DNA of 63,985 nucleotides, filler included, from Octopus bimaculoides (GCF_001194135.2; 5 parts of 5 records of this genome joined end to end with filler, not necessarily neighbours in it); one strand, 5' to 3'; shown: positions 37,609 to 50,139, numbered from the whole stretch's first letter. Numbers and translations: made by a program. Notes: generated by a model from the sequence alone, not told the origin.

Positions 37609-37945
37609 CTAGCAGTATAGCCCGGCTTTGCCCGGGATTAAGTTGGGATTGTTTAGCTAATCAAGTTCTTTATTTCAAACAAAACTAAGTAATGTGACGT
37701 CAAATTTGGGCAGAATCAGTGTTGCAACTGGAGCGCATGGGTTGGGAGTTTGATCGGCAGAGGTGATCAGGTTACACATGCCATCCCTTTGAAAACAACA
37801 CCGCCATCATCTAAACCCCTATTTGCCCATGGGTTAGGAACTCTTCCAGCAAGGAAAATAGAATGACCAAAATGGCTCCCATTTCTCTGTGTCAGAAGCG
37901 GTTCTGTTCAGATCACAACTAAGTCTTAAATATATATATATATAT
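37609..37945 (-). mobile_element. Non-autonomous Helitron-type element with canonical 3' end
   Basis: Minus strand: hairpin CCCGG-GCAAAG-CCGGG, then CTATACTG CTAG|T (CTAG at 37609-37612). The 5' boundary is uncertain. Confidence 0.65.
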
Positions 37946-38459
37946 ATATGAGAACACGGATGTTACATATGAAAAACGTTAATGTTCGAAACTGCAGCAG
38001 TCCATAGATAATTCTTTATTCTATATATATCTCATTTTGTCCTGTTCTGGCGTTTTGCAAATTTTTTTCTGGAGAACATTATTTTTCTTTGTGGTTGGGT
38101 CGTTGATGACCTCTTTCTAGCATATTGGATGTCCACCTAGTGGTCATCCCTTATACACGTGTTATACAATCTTTTCTGAATTTTCAGATTTTTTTATATG
38201 CTAGGCCACTTGATTTTAAGTTGAATTAATATTCAATTTATCATCCTGTCTATATATANNNNNNNNNNNNNNNNNNNNNNNNNNNNNNNNNNNNNNNNNN
38301 NNNNNNNNNNNNNNNNNNNNNNNNNNNNNNNNNNNNNNNNNNNNNNNNNNNNNNNNNNNNNNNNNNNNNNNNNNNNNNNNNNNNNNNNNNNNNNNNNCAC
38401 GTACTTACACGCAAGTATGTACACCAATTGCATACATATTTTTGTACGCATACATGTTC

Positions 38460-38496
<37 letters not shown>

Positions 38497-38559
38497 GCCC
38501 GTATAGCAACAAGACACACACACACGCACACACATCTTGCCTTAGATATATATACGGAT

Positions 38560-39400
38560 AAATACGGATAAATGATTAAAAATAAATATATTTTGGAAAT
38601 GGCGATTTACGGTACAATACCTAGAAACGTGAAAATCAGACCACATGGGTTTGTTTACATCAATTCGCCAGTTTCCAGAAAAGGCGTTGGGAAAGAACGC
38701 GAAAGAGATAGAGAGAGCCCGCTCTCCTTCTCTATATCTCTCCCTCCCTTACACACATGCCAGTTATCTCTCACCTCTCTATCTCCCTCTCTTCCACAGA
38801 TGCCAGTTATCTCTCTTTCTTTCTTTCTTTCTTTCTCTCTCTCCCTGTCTCACAAACACAGCAACATTACACACACACACACATGCTGCTCTCTCACACT
38901 AACAAAAGAACATAACATACACACCACACTTTCTGTCTCGCATACTCACTATAAAAAGATAGCGTCTATTTCTTTTTGGCAACATGTATTTTGTGTGTAA
39001 TGTTGCTGTGTGTGTGAGAGAAGGAGAGGGAGAAAGGTTGAAAGAAAGAAAGAGAGAAAGAAAGAGAGATAGCTGGCATGTGTGTGTAAGGGAGGGAGAT
39101 GTTTGCTGCGTTTTTTTCTGTTTGCTCGTTGTATGCTGCTTACGACACAACGCTGGCAAACACAATGTAACTCTCCTTCACCCTCCCTCTCACAAACATA
39201 CAAACTTCAGGCGTAAACTTCGAAATTGGTAAAAGTTATGGTTGAAAATCGATTTTTACAGGTATATGTGGGTACCCCTGAGAGAGAATGTTGACGAAAA
39301 TGCAGATAGGGTCATTCCGAATGTCCTCCTAAAATTGGAGCGACATGCGTGTTAATTTGTGGACGTGCATAAACTACATTCACGTACACACACACCCATA
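38560..39400. mobile_element. Probable Helitron/DINE-like non-autonomous element with internal CT/CA repeats
   Basis: aaagttatggttgaaaatcgatttttac...gaatgtcctcctaaaattg resembles such elements; internal inverted duplication 38739-38880 vs 38992-39099. Confidence 0.4.
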
Positions 39401-40159
39401 CATCTTGCCGTATATATATTCGGATGTTACAGTTTTTGACATTTATTTCTCAGTTGTTCTGCTGGGTGGTAATAGTGTTTCTGTGTCTTCGGCTACAAAC
39501 TGGTCAGCGCATCGAAGAACATGTTGAGCTGCTGTCAAGACAAGCGCTCTTCTTCTTCTTCTTCACCCCCACCCCACCACCAACCATCATTATCATCACC
39601 ATCATCGTCGTCGTCGTCCTCCTCCTCCTCATCATCATCAGTACAGAACACATCTGAAACAGCTGTAGTAGACAACAGATTATCGCTGTTATTGATTATA
39701 ATTCATTACATTCGGAACATTCCGTGCGTTGTATCTTGAGCTAATAATCGGCTGTGAATTATGTGGTGGAGTGTACTACTCTGCCACTTTGAGCACACGT
39801 TGTGCAATTGGTCGATATTTGTGAATGTATACATGGCAGGAAGAACAAATCCGTATTTACTTTAGTACGTTACTGTGTGTCCGTACATATTGTGTGGTAT
39901 CCCCGACTTTACTTTGGTGTCTTGTCATTTAAATATTTCGTTTGATTCTACCTGATGCTGAAAATGTTATATGTCTCTATTTCTGGCTATCAGCCCTTTC
40001 ACCCTTATTCTTTCATTCTACTGCTCGTTCTTGCTTCCTGCTCGCTCACATTTCCTTTCCATCTCTTCTTTCCCTCCACTTTTCACTTAACTGTGTCCCT
40101 GTCATTTTTCTCGCCCCTCCCTAATTCTTTTGTCACTCTGCCTCTACCTCTCTCTCTCT

Positions 40160-40648
40160 TCACTTCCCGCGTGACCGGTGTTCGGCCAGGGGTGATCTTT
40201 CTTTCTCGGGCAGTCGTTGTGCGTGCAACATCATTATTCATCCCTGTGCCTGTGAAACCTTGTACTCTGGCCGTAAGGCCTTATTTACACAACGCCGGCT
40301 TAATTTAATTCGTCCTTAGTCCAAAGACATCTGTTGCTATGTTCTGTCTTATTTTTATTGTATTTGTGTAACATTTTTCGTTTTTTCCGTCCTTGTTTTT
40401 CTATACATTCGCTCCTTTCTTCCAAGGCATCTAATGCTCTTAGCATAGTTGTTCTTGGTGCTGGCCAGATTCGAGGAATATCGAGTATAACCAGCCGAAA
40501 TTGCAAGGATAAACTGAATCTCGGCTGAAGAGAAAAAACTCCAAATGACCTGTTCGTGTTTTCTGTGTATCACCTGTCTGTATGTATTGTACCTTTCTTG
40601 TATCACCTAACTGTCTGGGTGTTTTGCGTCCTTGTCTCATTCTGTATT

Positions 40649-40650
<2 letters not shown>
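40160..40650. mobile_element. Unclassified interspersed repeat family P, longest copy
   Basis: Reverse complement of 43590-43850 and 62665-62915. Confidence 0.8.
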
Positions 40651-40695
<45 letters not shown>

Positions 40696-40696
40696 C

Positions 40697-40734
<38 letters not shown>

Positions 40735-41637
40735 NNNNNNNNNNNNNNNNNNNNNNNNNNNNNNNNNNNNNNNNNNNNTTAATTAATTAANNNNNNNNNN
40801 NNNNNNNNNNNNNNNNNNNNNNNNNNNNNNNNNNTATATATATATATATATGTATACTGAGAAAACTTTTATCAAAAGAGTTATACATTTTAGAAAACTA
40901 TTTTTCAAATCAAAAAGGTAATGTGTATAAAGCTATGTGGACGAAGTGAATGTTTGTTTTGTTGTGTATTTTAGCAGAAATTTCCGCCACTTCAGGGAAC
41001 GTCAAATACTTTTTTCTTTGTGTAATATCTTATATTTATCACAACTTTTAGCGACTTTTAGGAATAGTGTCTGTTGCTTTTTTTATTGATATATTTATTT
41101 ATTTCGTTATTTTCCTTTTACTTTCAATTTCAGTCCCATTAAGATTTCTTGCCTTTCGAATTAAATTCTCTTAAAATTCTTACACACGAAACCTAATAGA
41201 TGAATTTATAAAATAAAAAACCTCTAGGTTGTCCACCATTTCCTATCCCTGTTTAAACAATAGCATTTTTTGCCAGCTTTTATCTATGCATTATGACGTA
41301 ATAGAAACTATAATACCCACCCATCTGTTAAACTATTTATTGTTATTGCTATTATCGCTTTGGATTTTTGTTTTTGATGTTGTTCCTGTAGTTACTGGTT
41401 CAGATAGAAACTCTTGTAAACATTTGGAAGCCGTGTATTAAACTATGGTGATGTTTGATTCTCAGTTAGTTTCATTTGAATAATTTATACAGAGCGTATT
41501 TTCATTCTTTCGGAAAATTTTCAGTGAGCATTCTCTTTCTTTACATGGCGGCTTTATATGCGTATACATAAACATTAGCATACACAAATATATACAATAA
41601 ACGTGCCTCTGTATGTATGTGCATGACACGCGTGCGC

Positions 41638-41685
<48 letters not shown>

Positions 41686-41695
41686 ATGTAAACAT

Positions 41696-41921
41696 ATAGG
41701 GATCAGCAGGAGTTGCTTCACCAACATACTGAAAATTTAGAAATAGCAGTTAAAAAACTACTAATTCTAACTACAATTTTTTCTCCAACGCATGGCGATA
41801 TTTATGACCCACAATTAACAAAACGGAAGAGAAAATAAACGAAAACAAACTTGCCGTTAGTTAATCATGTACGACGTTTCGTGATTAGAATATAATAATT
41901 CGTTCCATTCATCAGCATGAT
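41696..41921 (-). mobile_element. Partial copy of the 18170-18744 family, including a well-formed hammerhead
   Basis: ggagttgcttcaccaacatactgaaaatttagaaatagcag matches the 18.2-kb arm; hammerhead at 41864-41921. Confidence 0.85.
41864..41921 (-). ncRNA. Type-I hammerhead ribozyme motif (GUA cleavage triplet)
   Basis: AUCAUG CUGAUGA [AUGG..GAAU-UAUUAU-AUUC..UCAC] GAA ACGUCGU A CAUGAU; 6-bp stem I, intact core, A-C mismatch at 10.1/11.1. Confidence 0.7.
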
Positions 41922-42959
41922 ATCCAAAATTATAAATTTGAAAATGCTAGTCGATAAATATGTAGATGCTGATTTTTTTCTTATGTGATATTTAATGTCG
42001 CATGGTCAGATATGCATGAGTTTATTAGCAAGTAATTAGATTACTTGAAATTAATGTGATGTTTCTTGTCAAAAAACGAGCACCTATTTTTTAATTTTTA
42101 AGTTTTACGAGGTAAGATGTGCGATATGCATTTATTTTACAGAAACATTTAAGGAGAATGAATTTGCTTGTTTGCAGCCAAAGTAATCAGAAATTTGTCA
42201 CGGCAGATATCAAGAACACTACTTTATTCTCTCAAAACAAAAATAAAACAGTGAGTAATTCTGAGATTCAACAAAGCATCGAGAAAGCTTCAGTTTTGTT
42301 GCTCGACCGTCATGGTCAGCTTTTACTTAATTCTTGTTGAATGAACACACGCATACTGAGACCACTTCATATTCTGCGCATAAAGAAATTCTGGTGGAAC
42401 ATTGTTTGATATCAGAGAGAACAGAAATCATATACACTGGATAGCTTAATTTGCGAATAATTTACTCAAATATATATATGAACAGGGAATATTTATAAGC
42501 AACTCTTTCGAAAACTGCTCATTTTTACATTTATATTTTACCTATTATCAGTTCACCTCACTGAATGTGCAAATCACTAAATGTTTAAGTAACAGTCTTT
42601 GAATGTACAACGTTTACAAAGAAAGAAAAGCAAATACCAGAAATCGTATTTGAAATCATCATCTGTTGTCCTTAGGGGTAATTGTCGTTGGAGGGTTATT
42701 GTCCATGGTGGGGGTGGGAAAAATTTTTATTTGCAGAGAGCAGAAATTGAAAGATATATAAAATAGACGTGCATGTGTGTGTGTGTGTGTGTGTACGTGA
42801 GAGAGAAAGAGGGTGAGAAAGAAAGATAGAGTGAATGAGTGAAGTTGTGGGTCATTGACTTACGTTGGCTGGCACGGCAAGTACAAAGCTTTTGAAGTGG
42901 CAGATGACTGGATGATTTGGAAGATGTGAAGAAATGCCGTCTTTTCAGTGGAGCGCTTC

Positions 42960-43288
42960 TTTGTCGACAAGGTTTCTCGTTTTCCCTTCTGATGCACAAA
43001 TATATAGACTTGTGGCCTGCCAACACGAGAGCATCCAACGTAATGTTGACTGTGGGAGAACACTTCCTCTGTGAGATTTAAACCAACCATTTGCAGTGAT
43101 TGACCCTGTGCCTTATTTATTGCCATTGCAAATGAGAGTTTGACAGGAAATTGAAGCCGCTTAAATTTGTAGATCGTATCGGAGGTAGGGAGGGACATTG
43201 GAGTAGTAAGAACATCTTGACCAGCGGCCGGTCCATTCAAGATGGTTGCTTTCAAAACTCGGGAGTATAAATTTTGATTATCATGCAC
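42960..43288 (-). pseudogene. Helitron RepHel Pif1-like helicase C-terminal fragment
   Basis: LKATILNGPAAGQDV...FKRLQFPVKLSFAMAINKAQGQSLQMVGLNLTEEVFSHSQHYVGCSRVG (motifs V and VI, with substitutions). Confidence 0.9.
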
Positions 43289-43346
43289 GTGCCGTTACAC
43301 ATTATTGGAGCATCCTAATTCCGCAGCAGCATGATGTGCGCCCCTC

Positions 43347-43582
43347 CTCAGAACTTTGCAGGAAGTAATTCCTCCCCTCCGGAACTTTCCAGGAAGTAAT
43401 TCCTCCACTTCCTCCCCCTACTCGGACCTTTCCAGAAAGTAATTCCTCCTCCCTCGGAACGTTTCCAGGGAATAGTTCCTCCCCCTTCTCGGAACTTTCC
43501 AGGAAGTAATCTCATCCCCTTTCTTCCCTTCCCTTGGAACTTTTCAGGAAATAATTCGCCACCCCACCCCTCGGAACTCTCC
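43347..43582. repeat. ~31-bp minisatellite (GGAACTTTCCAGGAAGTAATTCCTCCCCTCC)
   Basis: About seven degenerate units. Confidence 0.9.
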
Positions 43583-43589
43583 ATGATAT

Positions 43590-43850
43590 ATATGTAAAAT
43601 TACAAAAATGGGACAAGAACGCAAAGCATCCAGGCAGTTAGATGATACAAAAAACGGACAACAAAACATCCAGACAGACGGTATAAAGAAAACAAGGATG
43701 GTCATTCAGAGTTTTCTTTCCTCAGTCGAGTTCCAGATTATCTTTGCAATTTCGGCTGATTATACTCAAGATTGCTCTAATCTGGCCAGCCCCAAGGAAA
43801 AACTAAGCTAAGAGCACTAGATTCCTTGGAAGAAAGCAACGAATGTATAC
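43590..43850. mobile_element. Repeat family P copy
   Basis: Matches 62665-62915. Confidence 0.85.
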
Positions 43851-44357
43851 GAAAGGGTGGCACTTGGAATGGAGCCCAATGGCACATCCTGAGGGTGGAA
43901 CATCCTGGAAAGTTCCGAGGGTGGCACTCCCTGGAAATTTCCGAGGGTGGCACTTTATGCGGAGCCCCATGGCACATCGTAAGGATGGCACATCGTAAGG
44001 ATGGCACATCCTGGAAAGTTCATAAGGTGGCACTTCCTGGAAAGTTCCGAGGGTAGCACTTTATGGGGATCCCCATGACACATCTTAAGTGTGCCACATC
44101 CTGGAAAGTTCCGAGTGTGGCACTTCCTGGAAAGTTCCGAGGATGGCACTTCATGGGGAGCCCCATGGCACATCCTGGAAAAGGTGGCACTTCAGTTGGC
44201 ACTTCAGGTGGCACTTTAGGTGGCACTTTAGGTCGCACATAGTGGTAAGTTCCTAAGGTGGCACTCCCTGGAAAGTTCCGAGGGTGGAACATCCTCGAAA
44301 GTTCCGAGGGTGGCACATCCTGGAAAGTTCCGAGAGTGGCACTTTGTGGGTAGCCCC
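43851..44357. repeat. ~26-bp minisatellite (CCTGGAAAGTTCCGAGGGTGGCACTT) with interspersed GGAGCCCCATGGCACAT units
   Basis: Direct reading; inverted relative to, and homologous with, 43347-43582. Confidence 0.9.
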
Positions 44358-44754
44358 AAAAACTAAGTGAAAAAATATGGAATAAGTAATTGTTATACTC
44401 TTATAGGAAAACAATTTATATTATAGAATATATACATACCTGTTGAAGACGAAAATGTATGTGAGAGCTATTGTACTGGACGTGTGTATAATTATAGAGC
44501 AAGTGAAAGAAATATGAAATGGACGTGTGTGGGTGTATTTGGCAGGAGTTTTGCAGAAAGAAAGAGAGAAAGATAACTGAAATTTTCCATTCAGTTTTTG
44601 TAGTGATTGAATGTGTGAGTGATTGACAGAGAAAAACTGAGAGAGAGAGATAGAGAGAGTAATTATGTATGTATTTTATGTATGCATGTATGTATGTATG
44701 TATGTATGTATGTATGAATGGCTTCAGTGACACACTCACATACATGTATGCACG

Positions 44755-44939
44755 CAGGTTGTTTTAATCGATTTTTTCGGTAACTATGGGGACTAGGAAA
44801 AGATGCAAAGTGTTTTCCAATCTACGCACCCGTCTCCACATGTGTGTCCTTTTTCACGCGAATCCACCCAGCCGTTTGGCCGTGAACCTCGAGACAAGAA
44901 ATAATACAACGGTCGCCCATGTTCAATTTATATTATAGA
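44755..44939 (-). mobile_element. Helitron-type 5' terminus
   Basis: Minus strand: A|TCTATAATATAAA...CACGGCCAAACGGCTGGGTGGATT, typical of invertebrate non-autonomous Helitron 5' ends. Confidence 0.65.
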
Positions 44940-44974
44940 TAAACATATATATGTGCGTGTGTATATGTTTGTGT

Positions 44975-45167
44975 GTCTGTGTTTGTCCCCCACCATCGCT
45001 TGACAACCGATGCTGGTATGTCTACGTCCCCGCAACTTAGCGGTTCGGCAAAAGAGACCGATAGATTATGTACTAGGCTTACAAAGAATAAGTCCTGGGG
45101 TCGATGTGCTCGACTAAAGGCGGTGCTCCTGCATGGCCACAGTCAAATGATTGAAGCAAGTAAAAGA

Positions 45168-45168
<1 letters not shown>
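44975..45168 (+). mobile_element. Family A SINE-like repeat, well preserved
   Basis: caccatcgcttgacaaccgatgctgg...gcatggccacagtcaaatgattgaagcaagtaaaagag. Confidence 0.85.
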
Positions 45169-45215
<47 letters not shown>

Positions 45216-45894
45216 GTGTACGTGTGTATGTGTTTATGTGTATGTGTGTGTGCGTGTGTGTGTTTATGTGCATGTATGCTTGTTTTTTAAGATGTAATAC
45301 TTTTTCTACACGGAATATATTTAAGGAGCTATGTAAAAAATTATATATATGCATTCACACACACATGCGCACACACATACACACGGACAAATATGCTTTC
45401 ACAAATATATATTACTGCAACAAATGGAAAAGCTTCTACTCGATTGACCAGTGTGCTAAAATTAACAGTCAAATCCCATACAAATCACACACTGCAGTCT
45501 TTAAAGAAATTAGGATACAATGGAGAAAGTTGTATTGCATTTGATAAAAGATCAGAGTTGGTGCTTAATAGAGACAGAAGTAACCACAGACAATGCGCTG
45601 AGATTAAAATAGCAAATAATAATATCTGTGTTGTATTTGTAAGTAACCATTTAATATTTTACAAAGAATTATAAATCCACAAAAGATCTGTCATTTCATT
45701 CATGACTGCGTTACCACATTTGGAAATAACAGGATACTAACAACGTGCGGCCTATTCGATAAAATATTTAACCAGTAATGTACAAATACAGAATGCCATT
45801 GGATTCGTTATTCAATTTTTATCCTGGATAGTTGCATTCCAAAGTATGTTGAATATTCGCACTACAAACATGTACATACTTTCTTACAAAGTTA

Positions 45895-46030
45895 CACACA
45901 GTCACATGGCTCCCGGTTCAAACCCTCTGAGCGGCACCTTGGGTAAGTGTCTTGTACTATAACCTCGGGCATACCGAAGCCATGTGAAGTGGATTTGGAA
46001 GATGGGAGCTGAAAGAAGCTTGTCATATGC
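45895..46030 (+). mobile_element. CORE-like SINE
   Basis: cccggttcaaaccc...ggcaccttgggtaagtgtcttgtactataacctcggg...ctgaaagaagc. Confidence 0.8.
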
Positions 46031-46187
46031 GTGTGTGTGAGTGTGTGTGCGTTTGTGTGTATGTGTATATGTGTGGATGGATGCATTTATGTATATAATA
46101 TATATAAAATAGATATGATGTATGTATATATATATGTGTGTGTGTACATACATATATAAAACACACACACATATATCTATCTATCTA

Positions 46188-46244
<57 letters not shown>

Positions 46245-46246
<2 letters not shown>

Positions 46247-47218
46247 TGTAACATATATTTGCCAACTAAGCCTGGTGCCCTATACAGGACTGTGTTACTG
46301 ATGTTTATAGCCCCAGGAAGACATCTCCAGCTGGCTAACGACGCACATTATGTGTTCGATTAGTATTTGCGAGGGTAGGTCATCGCTCGCATCTCTACCC
46401 TTACAAGATACACACGGACTCGAGTTTCTGGGTAGTTACCCGTCTTCAACGAGTGTTAATCACCAGCTAGTGATGGAAGCTCATTCCACTCGCAAATTAC
46501 TGTATATTTTTCTAGCAACTCACTGTTGCTCATCTCGTAGAAGGGAGAGAATGTTATATTAAATCCCTGAGCGATATCTAAACAGTAGCAGTATGGAACC
46601 GTAATATACATTTGCCAACTAAGCGTGGTGTCCTATACAGGAGAATGTTGCTACTGTTTATATCTCGCTCGGAGATTTAATATAACATTCTCTCCCTTCT
46701 ACGAGATCAGCGACAGTGAGTTGCTAGAAAAATATACAGTAATTTGCGAGTGGAATGAGCTTCCATCACTAGCTGGTGATTAACACACGGTGAGGACAGG
46801 TAACCTCCCTAAACTCGAGTCCGTGTGCATCACGTAAGGCTAGAGATGGGAGCGATGACCTCTCCTCGCAAATACTAATCGGACACCGAATATGTTATTT
46901 CTTTATTGTCCACAAGGGGCTAAACATACAGGGGACAACCAAGGACAGGCAAAGGGATTAAGTCGATTACATCGACTCCAGTGCGTAACTGGTACTTAAT
47001 TTATCGTCCTCGAAAGGATAAAAGACAAAATCGACTTCGGCGGAATTTGAACTCAGAACGTAACGGCAGACGAAATACCGCTAAACACTTCGCCCGGCGT
47101 CCTAACGTTTCTGCCAGCTCGCCTCGGACACAGAATGTGTGTCGTTAGCCAGCTGGAGGAGATGTCTTCCTGGAGCTGTAAACATCAGTAGCACTGTCCT
47201 GTATATGTTACGATTCCG
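46245..47218. repeat. Large palindromic element with a central direct repeat of its own 5' end
   Basis: Left arm ~46280-46590 vs right arm ~46650-47200 (interrupted by a SINE); 46245-46310 is repeated at 46598-46662. Confidence 0.9.
46896..47123 (-). mobile_element. Meta-like SINE with 17-bp TSD
   Basis: TSD tcggacaccgaatatgt (46879-46895) and tcggacacagaatgtgt (47124-47140). Confidence 0.9.
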
Positions 47219-47574
47219 TNNNNNNNNNNNNNNNNNNNNNNNNNNNNNNNNNNNNNNNNNNNNNNNNNNNNNNNNNNNNNNNNNNNNNNNNNNNNNNNNN
47301 NNNNNNNNNNNNNNNNNNNNNNNNNNNNNNNNNNNNNNNNNNNNNNNNNNNNNNNNNNNNNNNNNNNNNNNNNNNNNNNNNNNNNNNNNNNNNNNNNNNN
47401 NNNNNNNNNNNNNNNNNNNNNNNNNNNNNNNNNNNNNNNNNNNNNNNNNNNNNNNNNNNNNNNNNNNNNNNNNNNNNNNNNNNNNNNNNNNNNNNNNNNN
47501 NNNNNNNNNNNNNNNNNNNNNNNNNNNNNNNNNNNNNNNGTATGTGCCGCACATTAGACCATTCCCACCATCAA

Positions 47575-47720
47575 ATTAACGTTACCTGGCCAGGTGCTCA
47601 GTGTAGCACGCCTCAGGTATGAAAGTGTTCGCAGAAGCAACGTGAAATGAAGTGCTTTGCTCAAAAATACAACGCATCACCCAGTCTAGAATTGAAACCG
47701 CTGTCCACTAACCACTAGAC

Positions 47721-47722
<2 letters not shown>
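47575..47722 (-). mobile_element. V-like SINE fragment
   Basis: agcaacgtgaaatgaagtgctttgctcaaaaatacaacgc...ctaaccactagacc. Confidence 0.65.
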
Positions 47723-47781
<59 letters not shown>

Positions 47782-48248
47782 GAACCAAGACATTCGAACT
47801 TATATGTTTGTATAAAACATATAGCTCTTACAAGTTTGTTTATCAGCAAAGTTATGTGAAAACATATGTGAGTGAAAATTATTTATTAAATTATTCATTA
47901 GTAAAGATAATATATGATGCCCATCTGTCGGACATTTTAGCGAGAAAATATCGAAGGAAAAAGTACAAATAAAACAGCAAAACGAAATATATGAACGTTC
48001 AATAATTAAAATGAAACTCATTCACCTGTGTATACATAATTAGAAACTTAACAGAAAGTAAACTCAAGAATATGACAACATCTGAATAATTAACATAGCT
48101 GGTTGTAAGAAGTCTAAAAGTATGTATGCATGTATGCTAGTTTGTATATATATACATGTGTGTGTGTATCTGTATAAATATCAATATAGACATATATATA
48201 CACACACACAAATATATATATATATACATACATACATACATACATACA

Positions 48249-48280
<32 letters not shown>

Positions 48281-48364
48281 ATAATAATAATATTAGGGAC
48301 AAAATCCAATTCCCTAAAACTATATATATATATATGTATATATATATACACACACACACACACA

Positions 48365-49214
48365 CGAAGGATACCCAAAAGTAACCAGAAACGTTCTTTG
48401 TGAGACAAACCCGCTGTACTTCAGATTTTCGCCGCTAGAAGCCTCTTGATGCAAACGTCAGGAATCAGAATGCCGACCGGTGGCGTCTGATGAGGTTGTA
48501 TTGCTATGCAGTACGTCTTTGTTTTCCGATGCTTCCTCGTTGATTTTTGCGATGGCTAAAACGGCGGAACAGCGTACATCCGAGAAATTCTGCTTTTTGC
48601 TCGGGAAAACAACGACTGAAACAGTTGTAAAGCTTCAAACAGCTTACAAGGACTCTGTCATGAGCAAAACACGAGTCTACGAGAGGCTTTTATTCTTTAG
48701 GAATGGCCACTTGCTACTTGAAGACCAACCTCACTTAAGACGACCGTCGAACTCCCGAACGAATGGAAACACCATGAAAGTTCGCGAAGTTGTTGAGATG
48801 GCTGGCGTGTTCTGGAGCTCTTGCCAACGAATTCTGAGCGAGGAATTTGCGTACGAAAAGAGTTGCAGCAAAATCTGTACCTCACGGAAGATCAAAAGCC
48901 GTCACGACTGAATGCGTGTCGTGATCTGAAAGGGCAGTTCGAAATTGATGTGGACTTTTTTTCGAAGGTCATCTCTGGTGACGAAAGCTGGTACTACGGA
49001 ATTTTATGATGTGGACGAGGCGGAGAAAAGTACCAACGAAGGCGTTCAAAGGCATTATTTCGCAAGCGCTCCAGTACTGCTTCAAGCAATTGAAAACACA
49101 TCTGGACGGATGCAATGTTTCAAATGGAGGATACTTTGAAAACGATAAAAGTGCAAACATGTAAACTAAGTGTATAAAATATTGTTGCAAAGTTCTGCTT
49201 TCTTTTGGCTACCC

Positions 49215-49217
<3 letters not shown>
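48365..49217 (+). mobile_element. Internally deleted mariner (irritans-like) with both TIRs, decayed
   Basis: MAKTAEQRTSEKFCFLLGKTTTETV...LEDQPH..RP; FFSKVISGDESWYY; TIR cgaaggatacccaaaagtaacc vs the inverted gtggggtagccaaaagaaagc. Confidence 0.85.
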
Positions 49218-49264
<47 letters not shown>

Positions 49265-49804
49265 GTTCATATTTATGCATATACACCGTAAGCATCTATG
49301 CTTATGAAAGTATGAATGTACATGAAAGTACATATATGATTAGATTTAAACTGATACATATCTAGATATTTGTGTTTANNNNNNNNNNNNNNNNNNNNNN
49401 NNNNNNNNNNNNNNNNNNNNNNNNNNNNNNNNNNNNNNNNNNNNNNNNNNNNNNNNNNNNNNNNNNNNNNNNNNNNNNNNNNNNNNNNNNNNNNNNNNNN
49501 NNNNNNNNNNNNNNNNNNNNNNNNNNNNNNNNNNNNNNNNNNNNNNNNNNNNNNNNNNNNNNNNNNNNNNNNNNNNNNNNNNNNNNNNNNNNNNNNNNNN
49601 NNNNNNNNNNNNNNNNNNNNNNNNNNNNNNNNTATATATATAATAATATGACAACAAAAGAATGAATGAGACCTCGATTCATTTCCCATCCCGCCTATCT
49701 CTCAGTATTCATATGTGTGTGTGCGTCTGTGTGTGTTGCCTTTCTGTTTGTTTCCCAGTTTCCCACTTCTTCTTTTTCTTCCACTTCTTCTTTTTCTTCC
49801 TCCT

Positions 49805-49864
49805 CTTCTTCTTCTTCTTCTTCTTCTTCTTCTTCTTCTTCTTCTTCTTCTTCTTCTTCTTCTT

Positions 49865-49947
<83 letters not shown>
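49805..49947. repeat. (TTC)n(TTA)n microsatellite
   Basis: Direct reading. Confidence 0.97.
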
Positions 49948-49948
<1 letters not shown>

Positions 49949-50139
49949 GTTATATGAAAACTCACTCCTTATTTTGCTGGGTATGATAGAAAGTGTCAGC
50001 CGTCCGCAGCCTGTGAACTAAGATGACTCTTGTTTACTGTTCATGTTTTAAGAAGACTGCAAAGAATTCTTGCAGTTCTAAGCAATGCCGATTTTTGCAG
50101 ATGTTCTACCTTGAAACTTGCACCAATCTTTTTCAATCA

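Noticed and set aside
43347-44357. Minisatellites and their ORFs as a CRISPR array or a repeat protein
   Set aside because: Eukaryotic context, degenerate contiguous units with no unique spacers and no cas genes; ORFs occur in several frames on both strands.
46480-46540. GAUGA-GCAAC..GUUGC-UAGAAA on minus in the 46-kb palindrome as a hammerhead
   Set aside because: Lacks C3/U4, has extra bases before GAAA, and has no stem I.
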